Positions 1 through 9,119 of a stretch of 20,154 nucleotides of DNA are shown here, piece after piece. Position 1 is the stretch's first letter. Each line of letters begins with the position of its first letter. The notes under the pieces are model-generated. The model worked only from the letters and a program-made list of their open reading frames with translations, did no database searches and was not told the DNA's origin. Both the position numbers and the translations under genes were made by a program. Location of the stretch: positions 1 through 20,154 of the forward strand of contig JAWAQK010000046.1 of assembly GCA_038893995.1 (NCBI GenBank), written 5' to 3'. The DNA is from Candidatus Thorarchaeota archaeon. GTDB taxonomy: Archaea; Asgardarchaeota; Thorarchaeia; Thorarchaeales; Thorarchaeaceae.

Positions 1-187
1 CCTCTGCAAGACGGACCATCAATTCTCTGTTGTAGCGAATCTTGACCAGACACGTGTATCGTGCTCCAGATACGGGGGACTCACTGGTATAGCCCGTTCC
101 AGTCTGCTGTACGCGCGCGAGCACTCCGTCAAATGTACCGTCGAGATCCGTGAAGCATCTTCTATACTCCTGTTCTAGTCCGCTCAA
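1..187 (-). CDS. Probable HerA/DUF87-family ATPase, N-terminal fragment (runs off the window edge)
   Basis: Not in the ORF track. TTG at 187-185 has AGGAGGT (200-194) upstream, and the frame is open to the window edge: MSGLEQEYRRCFTDLDGTFDGVLARVQQTGTGYTSESPVSGARYTCLVKIRYNRELMVRLAE. It overlaps the end of the NurA-like gene by 26 nt. The HerA identity is inferred from the usual nurA-herA coupling and a beta-rich N-terminus; no Walker motifs lie in the window. Confidence 0.6.
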   Translation of the reverse strand, partial: MSGLEQEYRRCFTDLDGTFDGVLARVQQTGTGYTSESPVSGARYTCLVKIRYNRELMVRLAE

Positions 188-2096
188 AGCCTGACCTCCT
201 CTCTCTGAAGCTGCTCACATAGAATATGAATTCCCTCAGGTCCGGTCTGTTACATATCCACGATGACACACTCCTGACCATTGACCTGAAGTGTTTCTGA
301 TAGAATTTCGCGACCTTGTCTGCGGTATAGAGCGGCCTTATGTGGCCGAACAACTCAGGAATGCTCCTCATGGTCATCCTCGAGAAGAGCGCTATGATGA
401 AGTCCTGGATGGGGCTCGGGGCGTTCAGATACAGCACGGCTTCGACCTGTTCTGGATCATCTTCGTGCCCATCGTAGTCATGTCTCAGTACTACAGTGTT
501 CTCCGGGCGGTCATCATAGCCGGCATAGGCAAGACGATCGTAGAGGAGGACGTTGCTCCTGAGCCGGCTGTCGCTGGCCGCCGCCGAGAGCTGAAAGTAG
601 GCCTTCACAAAGGTCCGGTTCAGGCCTATCTGATTACGTCTTGCTCCAGATACGAGCCCAGGTCGGTTGGACAGGTCCGGGACAATCGTCTTGAAGGCCG
701 TATCGTACTCGATGGTTGCCCAGGGCGGGACAAGTCTGTGTCTTTCCTGAAGGCTGATCCACTGGAGGACCATCCTGTCCGTATCGGGAGCCTGTTCGAC
801 TGACTTAGGAATGTCTGTCTTCATGTGGCCCGTGTGACAGAGGGTTGGAATCAGCTGTCTCTTCATGTCTCTCGCCGAGCTATCCTTTGCCACACCGACC
901 AGCAGTATCCTGTTTCTCCAGCAGTACATGGTCATCAGCTGCAGACAGCAGTAGCTCAGGAAGGCAATGTCATTGGTGGTCATCCATCTACCTCCGATCC
1001 TGAACCTCTGCTGACAGTCGACCGATGGATCCTCTGAGAAGATCCTCTCGCAGAGATCTCTGACCAGTAGTTCAACTCGCTCGACGACGTCTCTGTACTT
1101 CGGATCTATCTCGAAGACATTGCCTCTTCTGACAATGATGGGGTCCTCGGACAGACTTCTCTTCATCCCCTTCTCCAGTGCCGCATCAAGTCTGGACTGA
1201 CCCCTATCGCCAGTCAATCGAAGAGTATCACTCAGTTCCTGCCTGGTCATTGACCGGCTGTGAAGCAGTTCAGCCACGATTCGGGGCAACAGGTACTCTG
1301 CCCTTGGAGGTGGGGTGTTGAGCTCTCTCAGTCCAAAGATTCTCCTGAAATAGACCCATTCGGTCTTTGTGAAGGGTCTGCCCTTCACCTCGTGACCGAT
1401 GAGTGCACACTCGGTGTCAAGATCTATCCGGTGCTCTGAAGTCTCTGCGTAGGATGATGCCTGTTCAGCAGAACAGATTCTATCAAGGAGTAGGATATCG
1501 ACATGGTCCTTGTCTGAGACAAGTCTGTACGCTAGATAGAACTCTGCGAGACACATCATGTACTCAGCAAGGGCGGAGTTATCTGCGACATAGGCATCCC
1601 CGCGGCCAACGGCGACCTCCAGTGGGCCGTTCTCGTCACGCGGCAGCAGTGACTGGTCCAGAAATGGGACCTCGTTCACATATACGGGAAGTACACTCGT
1701 CACACCTCTGCCACTTGAGTAGGGCTCGCGGTATCTGATGCTGATACTTCCCGACTCATCGACCATGGCGACGCCAGTTACAGCAAACGCCCCTGCATAG
1801 AAGATCATCATGTCGAAGAGTCTGTGTTTGTACAGAGTCCCATCTATCCCTGCGAACGTGAGACGAGTCTTTCCAAAGAACCTCCTGACGAACTCGACAT
1901 CGGTCATCTGGTCATGACTGATCATGAGCCGTGAGATTGCCGCATCATATGCTCCGCTCAGAGCCTCAAGCCTAGTCGTGTAGTCTCGGACCTGTTTCTC
2001 TGCACTGCTCCGCAGCTGGCTGCCCACCCGGTTCGACGTTGGGCCGATTCTTGACGCATTGCCGCTCAAGTTATCCCGTTCATTCCCAGTTTCCAT
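162..2096 (-). CDS. nurA: NurA-domain nuclease, long form with an internal winged-helix-like insertion
   Basis: 644 aa. NurA-type motifs FAGIDGT, MCLAEFYLA, DILLLDR, LVGVAKDS and C-terminal GHIRPLYTADKVAK. Central segment SMTRQELSDTLRL...IIVRRGNVFEIDPKY resembles a wHTH. Confidence 0.75.
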   Translation of the reverse strand: METGNERDNLSGNASRIGPTSNRVGSQLRSSAEKQVRDYTTRLEALSGAYDAAISRLMISHDQMTDVEFVRRFFGKTRLTFAGIDGTLYKHRLFDMMIFYAGAFAVTGVAMVDESGSISIRYREPYSSGRGVTSVLPVYVNEVPFLDQSLLPRDENGPLEVAVGRGDAYVADNSALAEYMMCLAEFYLAYRLVSDKDHVDILLLDRICSAEQASSYAETSEHRIDLDTECALIGHEVKGRPFTKTEWVYFRRIFGLRELNTPPPRAEYLLPRIVAELLHSRSMTRQELSDTLRLTGDRGQSRLDAALEKGMKRSLSEDPIIVRRGNVFEIDPKYRDVVERVELLVRDLCERIFSEDPSVDCQQRFRIGGRWMTTNDIAFLSYCCLQLMTMYCWRNRILLVGVAKDSSARDMKRQLIPTLCHTGHMKTDIPKSVEQAPDTDRMVLQWISLQERHRLVPPWATIEYDTAFKTIVPDLSNRPGLVSGARRNQIGLNRTFVKAYFQLSAAASDSRLRSNVLLYDRLAYAGYDDRPENTVVLRHDYDGHEDDPEQVEAVLYLNAPSPIQDFIIALFSRMTMRSIPELFGHIRPLYTADKVAKFYQKHFRSMVRSVSSWICNRPDLREFIFYVSSFRERRSGFERTRTGV

Positions 2097-2124
2097 GAGT
2101 TCCCTGAAATAATAGTCTTGCTAG

Positions 2125-2136
2125 GACATATATTGA
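2125..2136 (-). promoter_or_regulatory. TATA-like box upstream of the nurA-like gene
   Basis: Minus strand reads TCAATATATGTC, about 30 nt upstream of the ATG at 2096, in a GC-rich background. Confidence 0.45.
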
Positions 2137-2156
2137 GGTGCAATGCATGTCAGGAG

Positions 2157-3419
2157 TCAGGACGCGTTCTGATTGGCCTCAGACTCCCGTCCAACGCGCC
2201 GCAGGGTCGCTAGCAGGATGGCCAGTGGCACTGACACTACTAGACCCATGATCCCGGCAACAAGGTAGAGTGTTCTGAGGCTGCCTGTCGTGATCCAGAC
2301 CCATTGACCTACGATTGGGGCCACCAGTCCTGTGGACGACATGATGAACGTAAAGCTTCCAAGTGTACGTCCCTGCATCTCCTTCACTGCACCCTCCGCA
2401 ACTAGCGACCTCTCTGCGCCGCCCCACATGACAATTGGCAAGGCCCATGCAATGTTCAGTGCAAACATCATCGCCAGCCCGGAACCCAGTGCAAACAGGA
2501 CGAATATGGTGGATTCTGCGATCACAGAGAACAGTAGTGCGGCCCTACGGTTGCGGTTCACCAGTTCGCTCGCCGAGTACATCAGCAGTGCACTCGTGAA
2601 GGAGAAGGCACTCCACGTCTGGGCGTACTCCACATCAGTTACACCCCACTCAAACACGCAGAGGTTCCCCAAGTAGCCGATGACCATGTTGAAGCAGAAA
2701 TAGAACGGCACCATTCCGACTACCAGCTTCCAGAAATTGGGTCCGACACCCTTGAATGTCAGCACAGGACCGCGCCGGGCCCGTTCCATTATCTTCTTGT
2801 CTAGGCTCTCGTGGACCATTACGATGACGGATATCATGCCTATGATGGCCATCACTGCGCCTATGAGCATCAGTGTGTCCGCATTCGTGCCTGCAGAGAT
2901 CATGGCTCCAGCAATCAGCGGACTCAGGCCATCAGCTACAAATGCTGGTAGGAGCACGAGCATGAACTTTCGTGGAGCATCAGTGGCCTGTTGAGCCGCG
3001 ATAACGTCTGCAGGCATTGCTCGGGTGATTATGAGTACAAATGACCAGCCACACTGTGCCATGGCGTAGAACAGAGGTATTGCTGGCCAGACCGGGAATA
3101 GCGTCATCCCTGACAGCCCTGCCACCATGGGCAGGAATGCGACTATCATTGTCCTTCTGCGTCCGATGAGGTCTGAAGCCATTCCAGATGCGTAGAATCC
3201 GAACAGCAGTGCAACTGTACCTGCCGTGTAGGTCGCACCCATCTGGAACTCCTCTGTCAGGTGGTCCTGCATGAAGACTCCAAATCTCCATGCCCAGATG
3301 CTCATCGAGAACTGCGAGATGCCTGTGGCCACTGCAAGTCGCCATAGGTCTCCAGTCAGGCCGAGGAATTCTCTTCGCAGACCCGGACTGGTATGAATGT
3401 CGCTGGAGCTGATACTCAT
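2157..3419 (-). CDS. MFS transporter
   Basis: About 12 hydrophobic segments, MFS motif A GMASDLIGRRR and EMQGRTLGSF in the second half. ATG 3419 is preferred to TTG 3446 because a TTAAAG box lies at 3458-3453. Confidence 0.88.
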   Translation of the reverse strand: MSISSSDIHTSPGLRREFLGLTGDLWRLAVATGISQFSMSIWAWRFGVFMQDHLTEEFQMGATYTAGTVALLFGFYASGMASDLIGRRRTMIVAFLPMVAGLSGMTLFPVWPAIPLFYAMAQCGWSFVLIITRAMPADVIAAQQATDAPRKFMLVLLPAFVADGLSPLIAGAMISAGTNADTLMLIGAVMAIIGMISVIVMVHESLDKKIMERARRGPVLTFKGVGPNFWKLVVGMVPFYFCFNMVIGYLGNLCVFEWGVTDVEYAQTWSAFSFTSALLMYSASELVNRNRRAALLFSVIAESTIFVLFALGSGLAMMFALNIAWALPIVMWGGAERSLVAEGAVKEMQGRTLGSFTFIMSSTGLVAPIVGQWVWITTGSLRTLYLVAGIMGLVVSVPLAILLATLRRVGRESEANQNAS

Positions 3420-3621
3420 ACGTACACCCACAGGTCGCGGACTCAATGACTACTTTAACTAATCTCTGTGGCAGCGCTGCTGTCGTCTGTCGCCCGCCTC
3501 AGACGAGAGTCACAGTCGCACCACTGCGGCGATATATCACGTGTACCAAGAGGGGAGTGGTCCCTAAACACATTATTAAGACGATTCAGCAGGCGCGAGC
3601 ACAAGACTGGAGACCTGACCT

Positions 3622-4248
3622 ATGAACAGAAGAGGAGCACTCATCGCAATAGAAGGGATCGATGGGTCAGGAAAGACGACACAGGCAGAGATGCTTGTCA
3701 AGAGACTCAGGCAACATGGTCTAGAGGCGGAGCTGTTGCATGAACCTACTGAAAGTGAGTGGGGGCATAGAATAAGAGAGCTCGCACGCAGTGGACGAAC
3801 TGTGTCACCTGATGAGGAGCTGGAGTACTTCATCAATGATCGAAAGTGGGATGTGACGAATAACATACGGCCACTGCTTGAACAGAATGTGGTTGTCGTG
3901 ATGGACCGATACTACCTCTCAAGTATCGCTTACCAGGGTGCTCTGGGGATCGACACTGATCGCATCGCCAAGATGAATGAGTTTGCACCGCGTCCGGACC
4001 TCGTCATCATCTTGGACGTCGACCCCACGACAGGCCAGGAGAGGATCGAGAGAAGAAAGAAGGGACGTCCAAACTACTTCGAAGACCCCGCCTACCTCGA
4101 GAAGGTCCGCATGATCTTCAGGTCGCTTGAGGATGTGTTAGAGAATGTCATGATCGTGGATGCGTCCGGCAGCATTGATGAAGTGCACGAGACTATCTGG
4201 AATCTGGTCTCGTCCCTCCTGAGGTCGCTCCATGTCGAACCAGTATGA
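3622..4248 (+). CDS. tmk: Thymidylate (dTMP) kinase
   Basis: IAIEGIDGSGKTT P-loop, HEP, VVMDRYYLSSIAYQG and PRPDLVIILDVDP motifs. AT-rich TTATTAAG at 3573-3580 upstream. Confidence 0.96.
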   Translation: MNRRGALIAIEGIDGSGKTTQAEMLVKRLRQHGLEAELLHEPTESEWGHRIRELARSGRTVSPDEELEYFINDRKWDVTNNIRPLLEQNVVVVMDRYYLSSIAYQGALGIDTDRIAKMNEFAPRPDLVIILDVDPTTGQERIERRKKGRPNYFEDPAYLEKVRMIFRSLEDVLENVMIVDASGSIDEVHETIWNLVSSLLRSLHVEPV

Positions 4249-4318
4249 GTGGTGACAGAAGAGAATCGGTACTGTCGCCTGGAGGCTGTCTGGCCCACAC
4301 GCAACTCTTAAAGATGCC

Positions 4319-6379
4319 ATGTCCCAAACGCCCGCACACAAAGAGTCTGAGGAGCGCCCCTGCTTGCCCATTATCCTGTCTGAGGCTGACCTCATCCTGA
4401 ACCGAGCAGTCACGTTTGAGTGGCTGTATACAAACGGGCTTGGCGGTTATGCCTCTTCAACTGTTGTAGGGCTCAACACCAGAGGTCATCATGGGCTACT
4501 GATCTGCTCACTCAGTCCTCCTGTGGACCGGTGGCTCACAGTATCGCGACTGGATGAGGTGGTCGTCACCTCTGAGGGCGAGTGCAACTTCAGTACTGAG
4601 CAGACTCCTCACGAGATGACCCGGGGGTACAGGTACCTCAAGGGATTCCAGCTCAACCCCCTTCCGCAGATGATCTATGCGACGCCCAAGGTCGAGATGA
4701 AGAAGACCGTGTTCATGGCGTACAGGCGCAATATCACAGTTGTAAACTACGAGATTACCACAGGTGAGGAAACGGTCTTCACAGTGACCCCGCTCCATAC
4801 CTCTCGTAGACTCAATGATCGTCCCCCAATGCTGGACTTCACCCCACAGTATGAGACCATTGATTCACAGACCTACTTGGCCTACGACGACAGAAGCTAT
4901 AGCCCGTGGGTCTTTGCATACACACCAGATATGGAGTTCATGCCATCGAAGATCCGTGTCACGCAGCCTCAGGTCTACCGACACGACCAGGCCACAGGAT
5001 TGCCCTACGTAGAAGAGCTCTGGATACCGGGCGTCTTTCACACCATTCTCTCTCCGGGATCACACTTCCTGTCGTTCCTATTCGCGGCATCGTCGAACAA
5101 GAAACAGCTTGTGCAGGATGTCGGGCCTCTTGCCAAGGCCACGGTCAAGGACTTCGCCAGACTGAGATTTGATGAACTCCGACGCAGAAAGATGCTCAAC
5201 GACAAGGCATTCTCACTGACGGGAAAGACAAGGGACGAGGATATCGAGTGGCTCGTCTTCAATGCAGACTCTTTCATTGTCGATAGAGCGACGTCCAAGG
5301 CCCGGTCAGTCATCGCAGGCTACCACAACCTGGTCGACATTGGTCTGGACGCACTAATATCCGTGCGTGGTCTGACAACGGCAATTGGTCGATTTCAGGA
5401 TGCTCGGGAGATACTGACGACCTACGCACGGCACTCTCGCTACGGTCTTGTCGCCAACAACTTCCCTGATGTGGGCATTCAGCCCGAGTACAACAGCGTG
5501 GATGCGTCGCTATGGTACATATTGGCCCTCAAACACTATGTTGATGCGACAAGCGATCTCGAGTTCCTACGCGGTATCGCCGGAGAGACTGCACAGTCCA
5601 TAATCTCGGCATACCGACTGGGAACCAAGTTCAACATCCACGAGGATCACGACGGTCTGATATTCTCCGGAATAGAGGGTGTCGAGGTCTCCTGGATGAA
5701 CGAGAAGATTGGCGACTGGGTGGTCACCCCGCGGATTGGCAAGTGTGTGGAGGTCAATGCACTCTGGTACAACTCTCTGATGAGCATGCGGGACATGTTG
5801 AGGGCACGGGGTGACGATCCCTACGAGTACGATGCAGTCGCCCAGTGGGTAAAGGAAGCGTTCGTCCAGGCCTTCTGGAACGACGAACTCAACTGTCTGT
5901 ACGATGTGGTCAGCGACGAGGGGAACGACCCCTCAATCCGACCCAATCAGATCTTTGCGATTGGGCTCCCATATCCGCTACTTGAGGGCGAGAAGGCGGA
6001 GGCGGTCCTGAGCATGGTGACAAAGGAACTCCTGACACCGTTTGGACTGCGGACCCTCTCTCCCAGAGACAAGAGATTTGCGCGCGCGGTCACAGGAGGT
6101 CCGCGATCGATCGCTGGTGCAGTGCATCAGGGTGCGGTTCATCCCTGGTTGATCGGTCCCTTCATAACGGCGTATCTGACTGTCAAGGGACGTACGGAGG
6201 ACAACAGGCGGTTTGCTGAGAAAGAGTTCTTCCGGCCCGTCTTGAACACGATTCGCTCGGGGTGCCTGGGCACGGTGTCCGACATGTTCGATGGTTCCAA
6301 GCCTCATAGAGACCGGGGTTGCGTGTCTCGTGCACGGAGTGTAGCAGAGCTACTGCGTGTATACTTTGAGGAGCTCTGA
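4319..6379 (+). CDS. Glycogen debranching enzyme / amylo-alpha-1,6-glucosidase homologue (GDE_N + GDE_C, GH133-like); catalytic motifs degenerate
   Basis: EWLYTNGLGGYASST, HGLL, VIAGY, YNSVDASLWY, PRIGKCVEVNALWYN, IRPNQIFA, LLTPFGLRTLSP and HQG motifs. The true start may be TTG 4364 (GAGGAG at 4349-4354, TTAAAG at 4309-4314). Confidence 0.9.
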   Translation: MSQTPAHKESEERPCLPIILSEADLILNRAVTFEWLYTNGLGGYASSTVVGLNTRGHHGLLICSLSPPVDRWLTVSRLDEVVVTSEGECNFSTEQTPHEMTRGYRYLKGFQLNPLPQMIYATPKVEMKKTVFMAYRRNITVVNYEITTGEETVFTVTPLHTSRRLNDRPPMLDFTPQYETIDSQTYLAYDDRSYSPWVFAYTPDMEFMPSKIRVTQPQVYRHDQATGLPYVEELWIPGVFHTILSPGSHFLSFLFAASSNKKQLVQDVGPLAKATVKDFARLRFDELRRRKMLNDKAFSLTGKTRDEDIEWLVFNADSFIVDRATSKARSVIAGYHNLVDIGLDALISVRGLTTAIGRFQDAREILTTYARHSRYGLVANNFPDVGIQPEYNSVDASLWYILALKHYVDATSDLEFLRGIAGETAQSIISAYRLGTKFNIHEDHDGLIFSGIEGVEVSWMNEKIGDWVVTPRIGKCVEVNALWYNSLMSMRDMLRARGDDPYEYDAVAQWVKEAFVQAFWNDELNCLYDVVSDEGNDPSIRPNQIFAIGLPYPLLEGEKAEAVLSMVTKELLTPFGLRTLSPRDKRFARAVTGGPRSIAGAVHQGAVHPWLIGPFITAYLTVKGRTEDNRRFAEKEFFRPVLNTIRSGCLGTVSDMFDGSKPHRDRGCVSRARSVAELLRVYFEEL

Positions 6380-7372
6380 ATGCCAATGTCGCTGCCCGAC
6401 AGTGTCAGGCTGATCCGGGTTCCCACCGGCCTCCCGGTCGGAGATGTGAACTGCTATCTCATCCTGGGAGAGCCTCTGACTCTGATTGACACAGGACTGA
6501 TGACAGACGAGGCGTGGGCTGCCATTGAGAGAGGGTTCGCCGAGGTCGGTTTGAGACCTGGAGACGTGGAACAGATCCTGCTGACACACGGGCATGTGGA
6601 CCACGCGGGTCTCTGCAGTCGCCTCAGTTCCGAGAGACTCAGACTCCACGGGGATGTGCCGAGAGTGTTCATCCACGAACGGGACCACCATCGTGTCGTT
6701 GATTATGACTCGTTCATAGAGAGGCGTGCAGAGGCCTATGTCCGAGTTGCCAAGATGGCTGGAGTCCCACCTGAGTCGCTGAGTATCTCGCCATCTCTGA
6801 TCGTGTACTACTTCAGAGAGCTTGGGGCGTCGATACCACACGCCACCCCAGTCCGCAACTCTACTGTCTTTGATAGCGGGGCAGGGGGGCTGAAGATCGT
6901 CGATACCCCAGGTCACACGATGGGTTCCATGTGCCTGGTGTTGGAGGCAGAGAGAGTGGTGTTCTGTGGAGACCACATACTCGGTGACATAAGCTCCAAT
7001 CCGAGCATAGACTTTGACTCAGTCGATGATATACCGATGAGGATATACCTCCAGTCCATCGAGAGGATGCTGCCCTACAGTGGCTATCTCTTCCTCCCAG
7101 GACATCGGTCATTCATCACTGATGTCAATGCAAGGATCGAAGAGCTCAGACATGAGTACTCTACCAAGCTCGAGCGCGTCATGACTCTCCTGGGCCAGAA
7201 GCCAAAGACGCTCTTTGAGGTCTCACGCATGTTGTTTGGATCCTACCGGTTTGACCAGCTGATACTTGCCATCTCCGAGACATTCGACCTTCTCAGGATC
7301 CTTCGTGATCAAGGTCGAATCACTATGAACGAAAGAGATGGAGTCTGGGTGGCCCAGAGAGCAATTCTGTGA
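6380..7372 (+). CDS. MBL-fold metallo-hydrolase with C-terminal winged-helix-like domain
   Basis: LIDTG, THGHVDH (HxHxDH), TPGHT, GDH and PGH motifs. The ATG directly follows the TGA of the upstream gene, suggesting translational coupling. Confidence 0.92.
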   Translation: MPMSLPDSVRLIRVPTGLPVGDVNCYLILGEPLTLIDTGLMTDEAWAAIERGFAEVGLRPGDVEQILLTHGHVDHAGLCSRLSSERLRLHGDVPRVFIHERDHHRVVDYDSFIERRAEAYVRVAKMAGVPPESLSISPSLIVYYFRELGASIPHATPVRNSTVFDSGAGGLKIVDTPGHTMGSMCLVLEAERVVFCGDHILGDISSNPSIDFDSVDDIPMRIYLQSIERMLPYSGYLFLPGHRSFITDVNARIEELRHEYSTKLERVMTLLGQKPKTLFEVSRMLFGSYRFDQLILAISETFDLLRILRDQGRITMNERDGVWVAQRAIL

Positions 7373-7422
7373 TCCCCGTCGGCCAAGGCGGAGTTGTGGG
7401 ATACACCTTCAGAACGACTGTG

Positions 7423-8073
7423 CTAGGTCTCGAGCAGTCTTCGCAACTCCTCTGGCAGCCTGCTCTGGACCGAGCTGGGCTGGGTCAGAAAGCTGTTCTC
7501 CTGCGGCATGACAAGGCTCCAACCGCCTCTGGAGTATTCGTACGCGGTGCAAGACGCATACTCACTGTCGAGCCAGTCCTTGAGTGTGGGCTCCCCACCA
7601 TAGACCAGTGACCTGAAGATGACATCGACATCTGGAGCCACGACCACTGCTATGCTCCCTCCGACGTTATTTGAGGCTATGGACGTGAGTGTATACTTCA
7701 CCCTCTTCACAGAACTTGTGAGAGAATGTCCGTGGTCGTCTGTCGACCACCACTTCCTTATCTGCTCGGCCAACCTCGCTGGGTCTGAACCACTCTTCAG
7801 CTCGTATCCTGATAGGTCCTTGAGGACAATGGTGGGCGTACCGAACTCCCTCTCCATGATCCTGGCGGTCTCCACTGATGGAGTGTCCGGTGATGAGTAG
7901 ATTGCCGTCAGCATGGGGATGATACGTGAGTGGCAGAGGTCATCTATCTGCTTGGTCCCCGTGTCTGAGAGCCTTCCGCCCCAGTCAGTCGGTTCGCCAT
8001 GCACTACGAAGTATACGAGGGTCCTCGGGTAAATGGCGGTCTCTCTATCGCGCCTCTCCATCATCTCGAACAT
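7423..8073 (-). CDS. Histidine phosphatase (phosphoglycerate mutase-like) superfamily protein, degenerate active site
   Basis: VYFVVHGEP (RHGE-like), LSDTGTKQ, AIYSSP...SVETA and SIAVVV follow the His_Phos_1 layout. The start may be ATG 8064 or 8061. Confidence 0.75.
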   Translation of the reverse strand: MFEMMERRDRETAIYPRTLVYFVVHGEPTDWGGRLSDTGTKQIDDLCHSRIIPMLTAIYSSPDTPSVETARIMEREFGTPTIVLKDLSGYELKSGSDPARLAEQIRKWWSTDDHGHSLTSSVKRVKYTLTSIASNNVGGSIAVVVAPDVDVIFRSLVYGGEPTLKDWLDSEYASCTAYEYSRGGWSLVMPQENSFLTQPSSVQSRLPEELRRLLET

Positions 8074-8202
8074 CTGTCAGCCCCCGCTATGCTCGTCACA
8101 CGAGGTTAATAACGTCATCCGTATATTCCAGGCCTTCATACTGGTCTGTCTTGAAAAGGCTTTTACACAAAGACTCGAAACTGATTCCAGAGGTCGAATC
8201 AA

Positions 8203-8895
8203 TTGAGGATCACACTCGACAAGTTGAACCGTCTCGATGGTCAGACCTGTTTCATCTGTGGAAAGTACCTGCTGAACTATACCCCCGGTGACCTTGCCTA
8301 TGAACAGATTGTGCTGGGAGGTCCTAGAAAGGCAAAACCTGAGAGGTATCATCTTTTCCAGTGTCCCGGCTGTGGGCGAATCGGACACAAGAGATGCTGG
8401 TACGAACACGCCGACAAGCCTGTCGGTGCAGGTCTGTTCAGGGGACCAAAGGGTTTTGAGATGAAGTGCCCCATCTGCGGACATCTGATCGCACCTCTGA
8501 GGAAGGATAAGACCGACTGGCGGAAGGGCTACGAGATCCCTGGCCATCCTGATAGTGAGCTACTCGAGCTCTACATTGCGGACGTGAGCCAGTACAAGGC
8601 CAGTTCATTCATTGGGAAAATTGGTGCTGCAATCGGGGGGTTTGTGAAAGCAGTTTCGGTGGGGTTCAGCAGCCTGACACCGGCAGAACGAAGCTCCATA
8701 CAGGCCGCTGCAGACAGGAGTGGGCAGTCGATGTCGGACGTTCAGGACCGGGTCTTTCGACTCAACATCAGTCCTCAAGAGAGAACTCAGCTGCGGGAAC
8801 TGAAGTGCCAGCACTGTGGAGCACGGTTGCCTACACCTGGCCAGTTCGACGACGCTATAATCTGTGAGCACTGCAACACGGCTCATCTACTGTGA
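8203..8895 (+). CDS. Zinc-finger protein: N-terminal C4HC3 (PHD/RINGv-like) finger plus C-terminal C4 zinc ribbon
   Basis: CFIC ... CPGCGRIGHKRCW ... CPIC (C-x2-C, C-x2-C-x4-H-x2-C, C-x2-C) and CQHC-x15-CEHC at the C-terminus. TTG start with GAGGT at 8190-8194. Confidence 0.75.
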   Translation: MRITLDKLNRLDGQTCFICGKYLLNYTPGDLAYEQIVLGGPRKAKPERYHLFQCPGCGRIGHKRCWYEHADKPVGAGLFRGPKGFEMKCPICGHLIAPLRKDKTDWRKGYEIPGHPDSELLELYIADVSQYKASSFIGKIGAAIGGFVKAVSVGFSSLTPAERSSIQAAADRSGQSMSDVQDRVFRLNISPQERTQLRELKCQHCGARLPTPGQFDDAIICEHCNTAHLL

Positions 8896-9119
8896 CACAG
8901 GAACAAATACGTCTGTCACGGCTTAAGTGACTCTAGTTCCTGCGGTGCTACGATCCATGCCGCTCTAAAGCTGTGCAATACCGTATTCGAAAATACGAGG
9001 GAGGTGACGGGATTCAGATCCTTCAAGTCCCTCCCCCTCGTTGAATCGGTCCCAATGGACGACTGATCCCGCTCATGGGGCCTTGGCACATGAGAATCTA
9101 TTGCGTACAGTCGTCGCAG

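Noticed and set aside
8995-9041. Hairpin considered as a SECIS element or tRNA
   Set aside because: No AUGA/GA kink-turn core with an apical AA, no cloverleaf or T-loop, and neither flanking gene shows a credible in-frame Sec codon.
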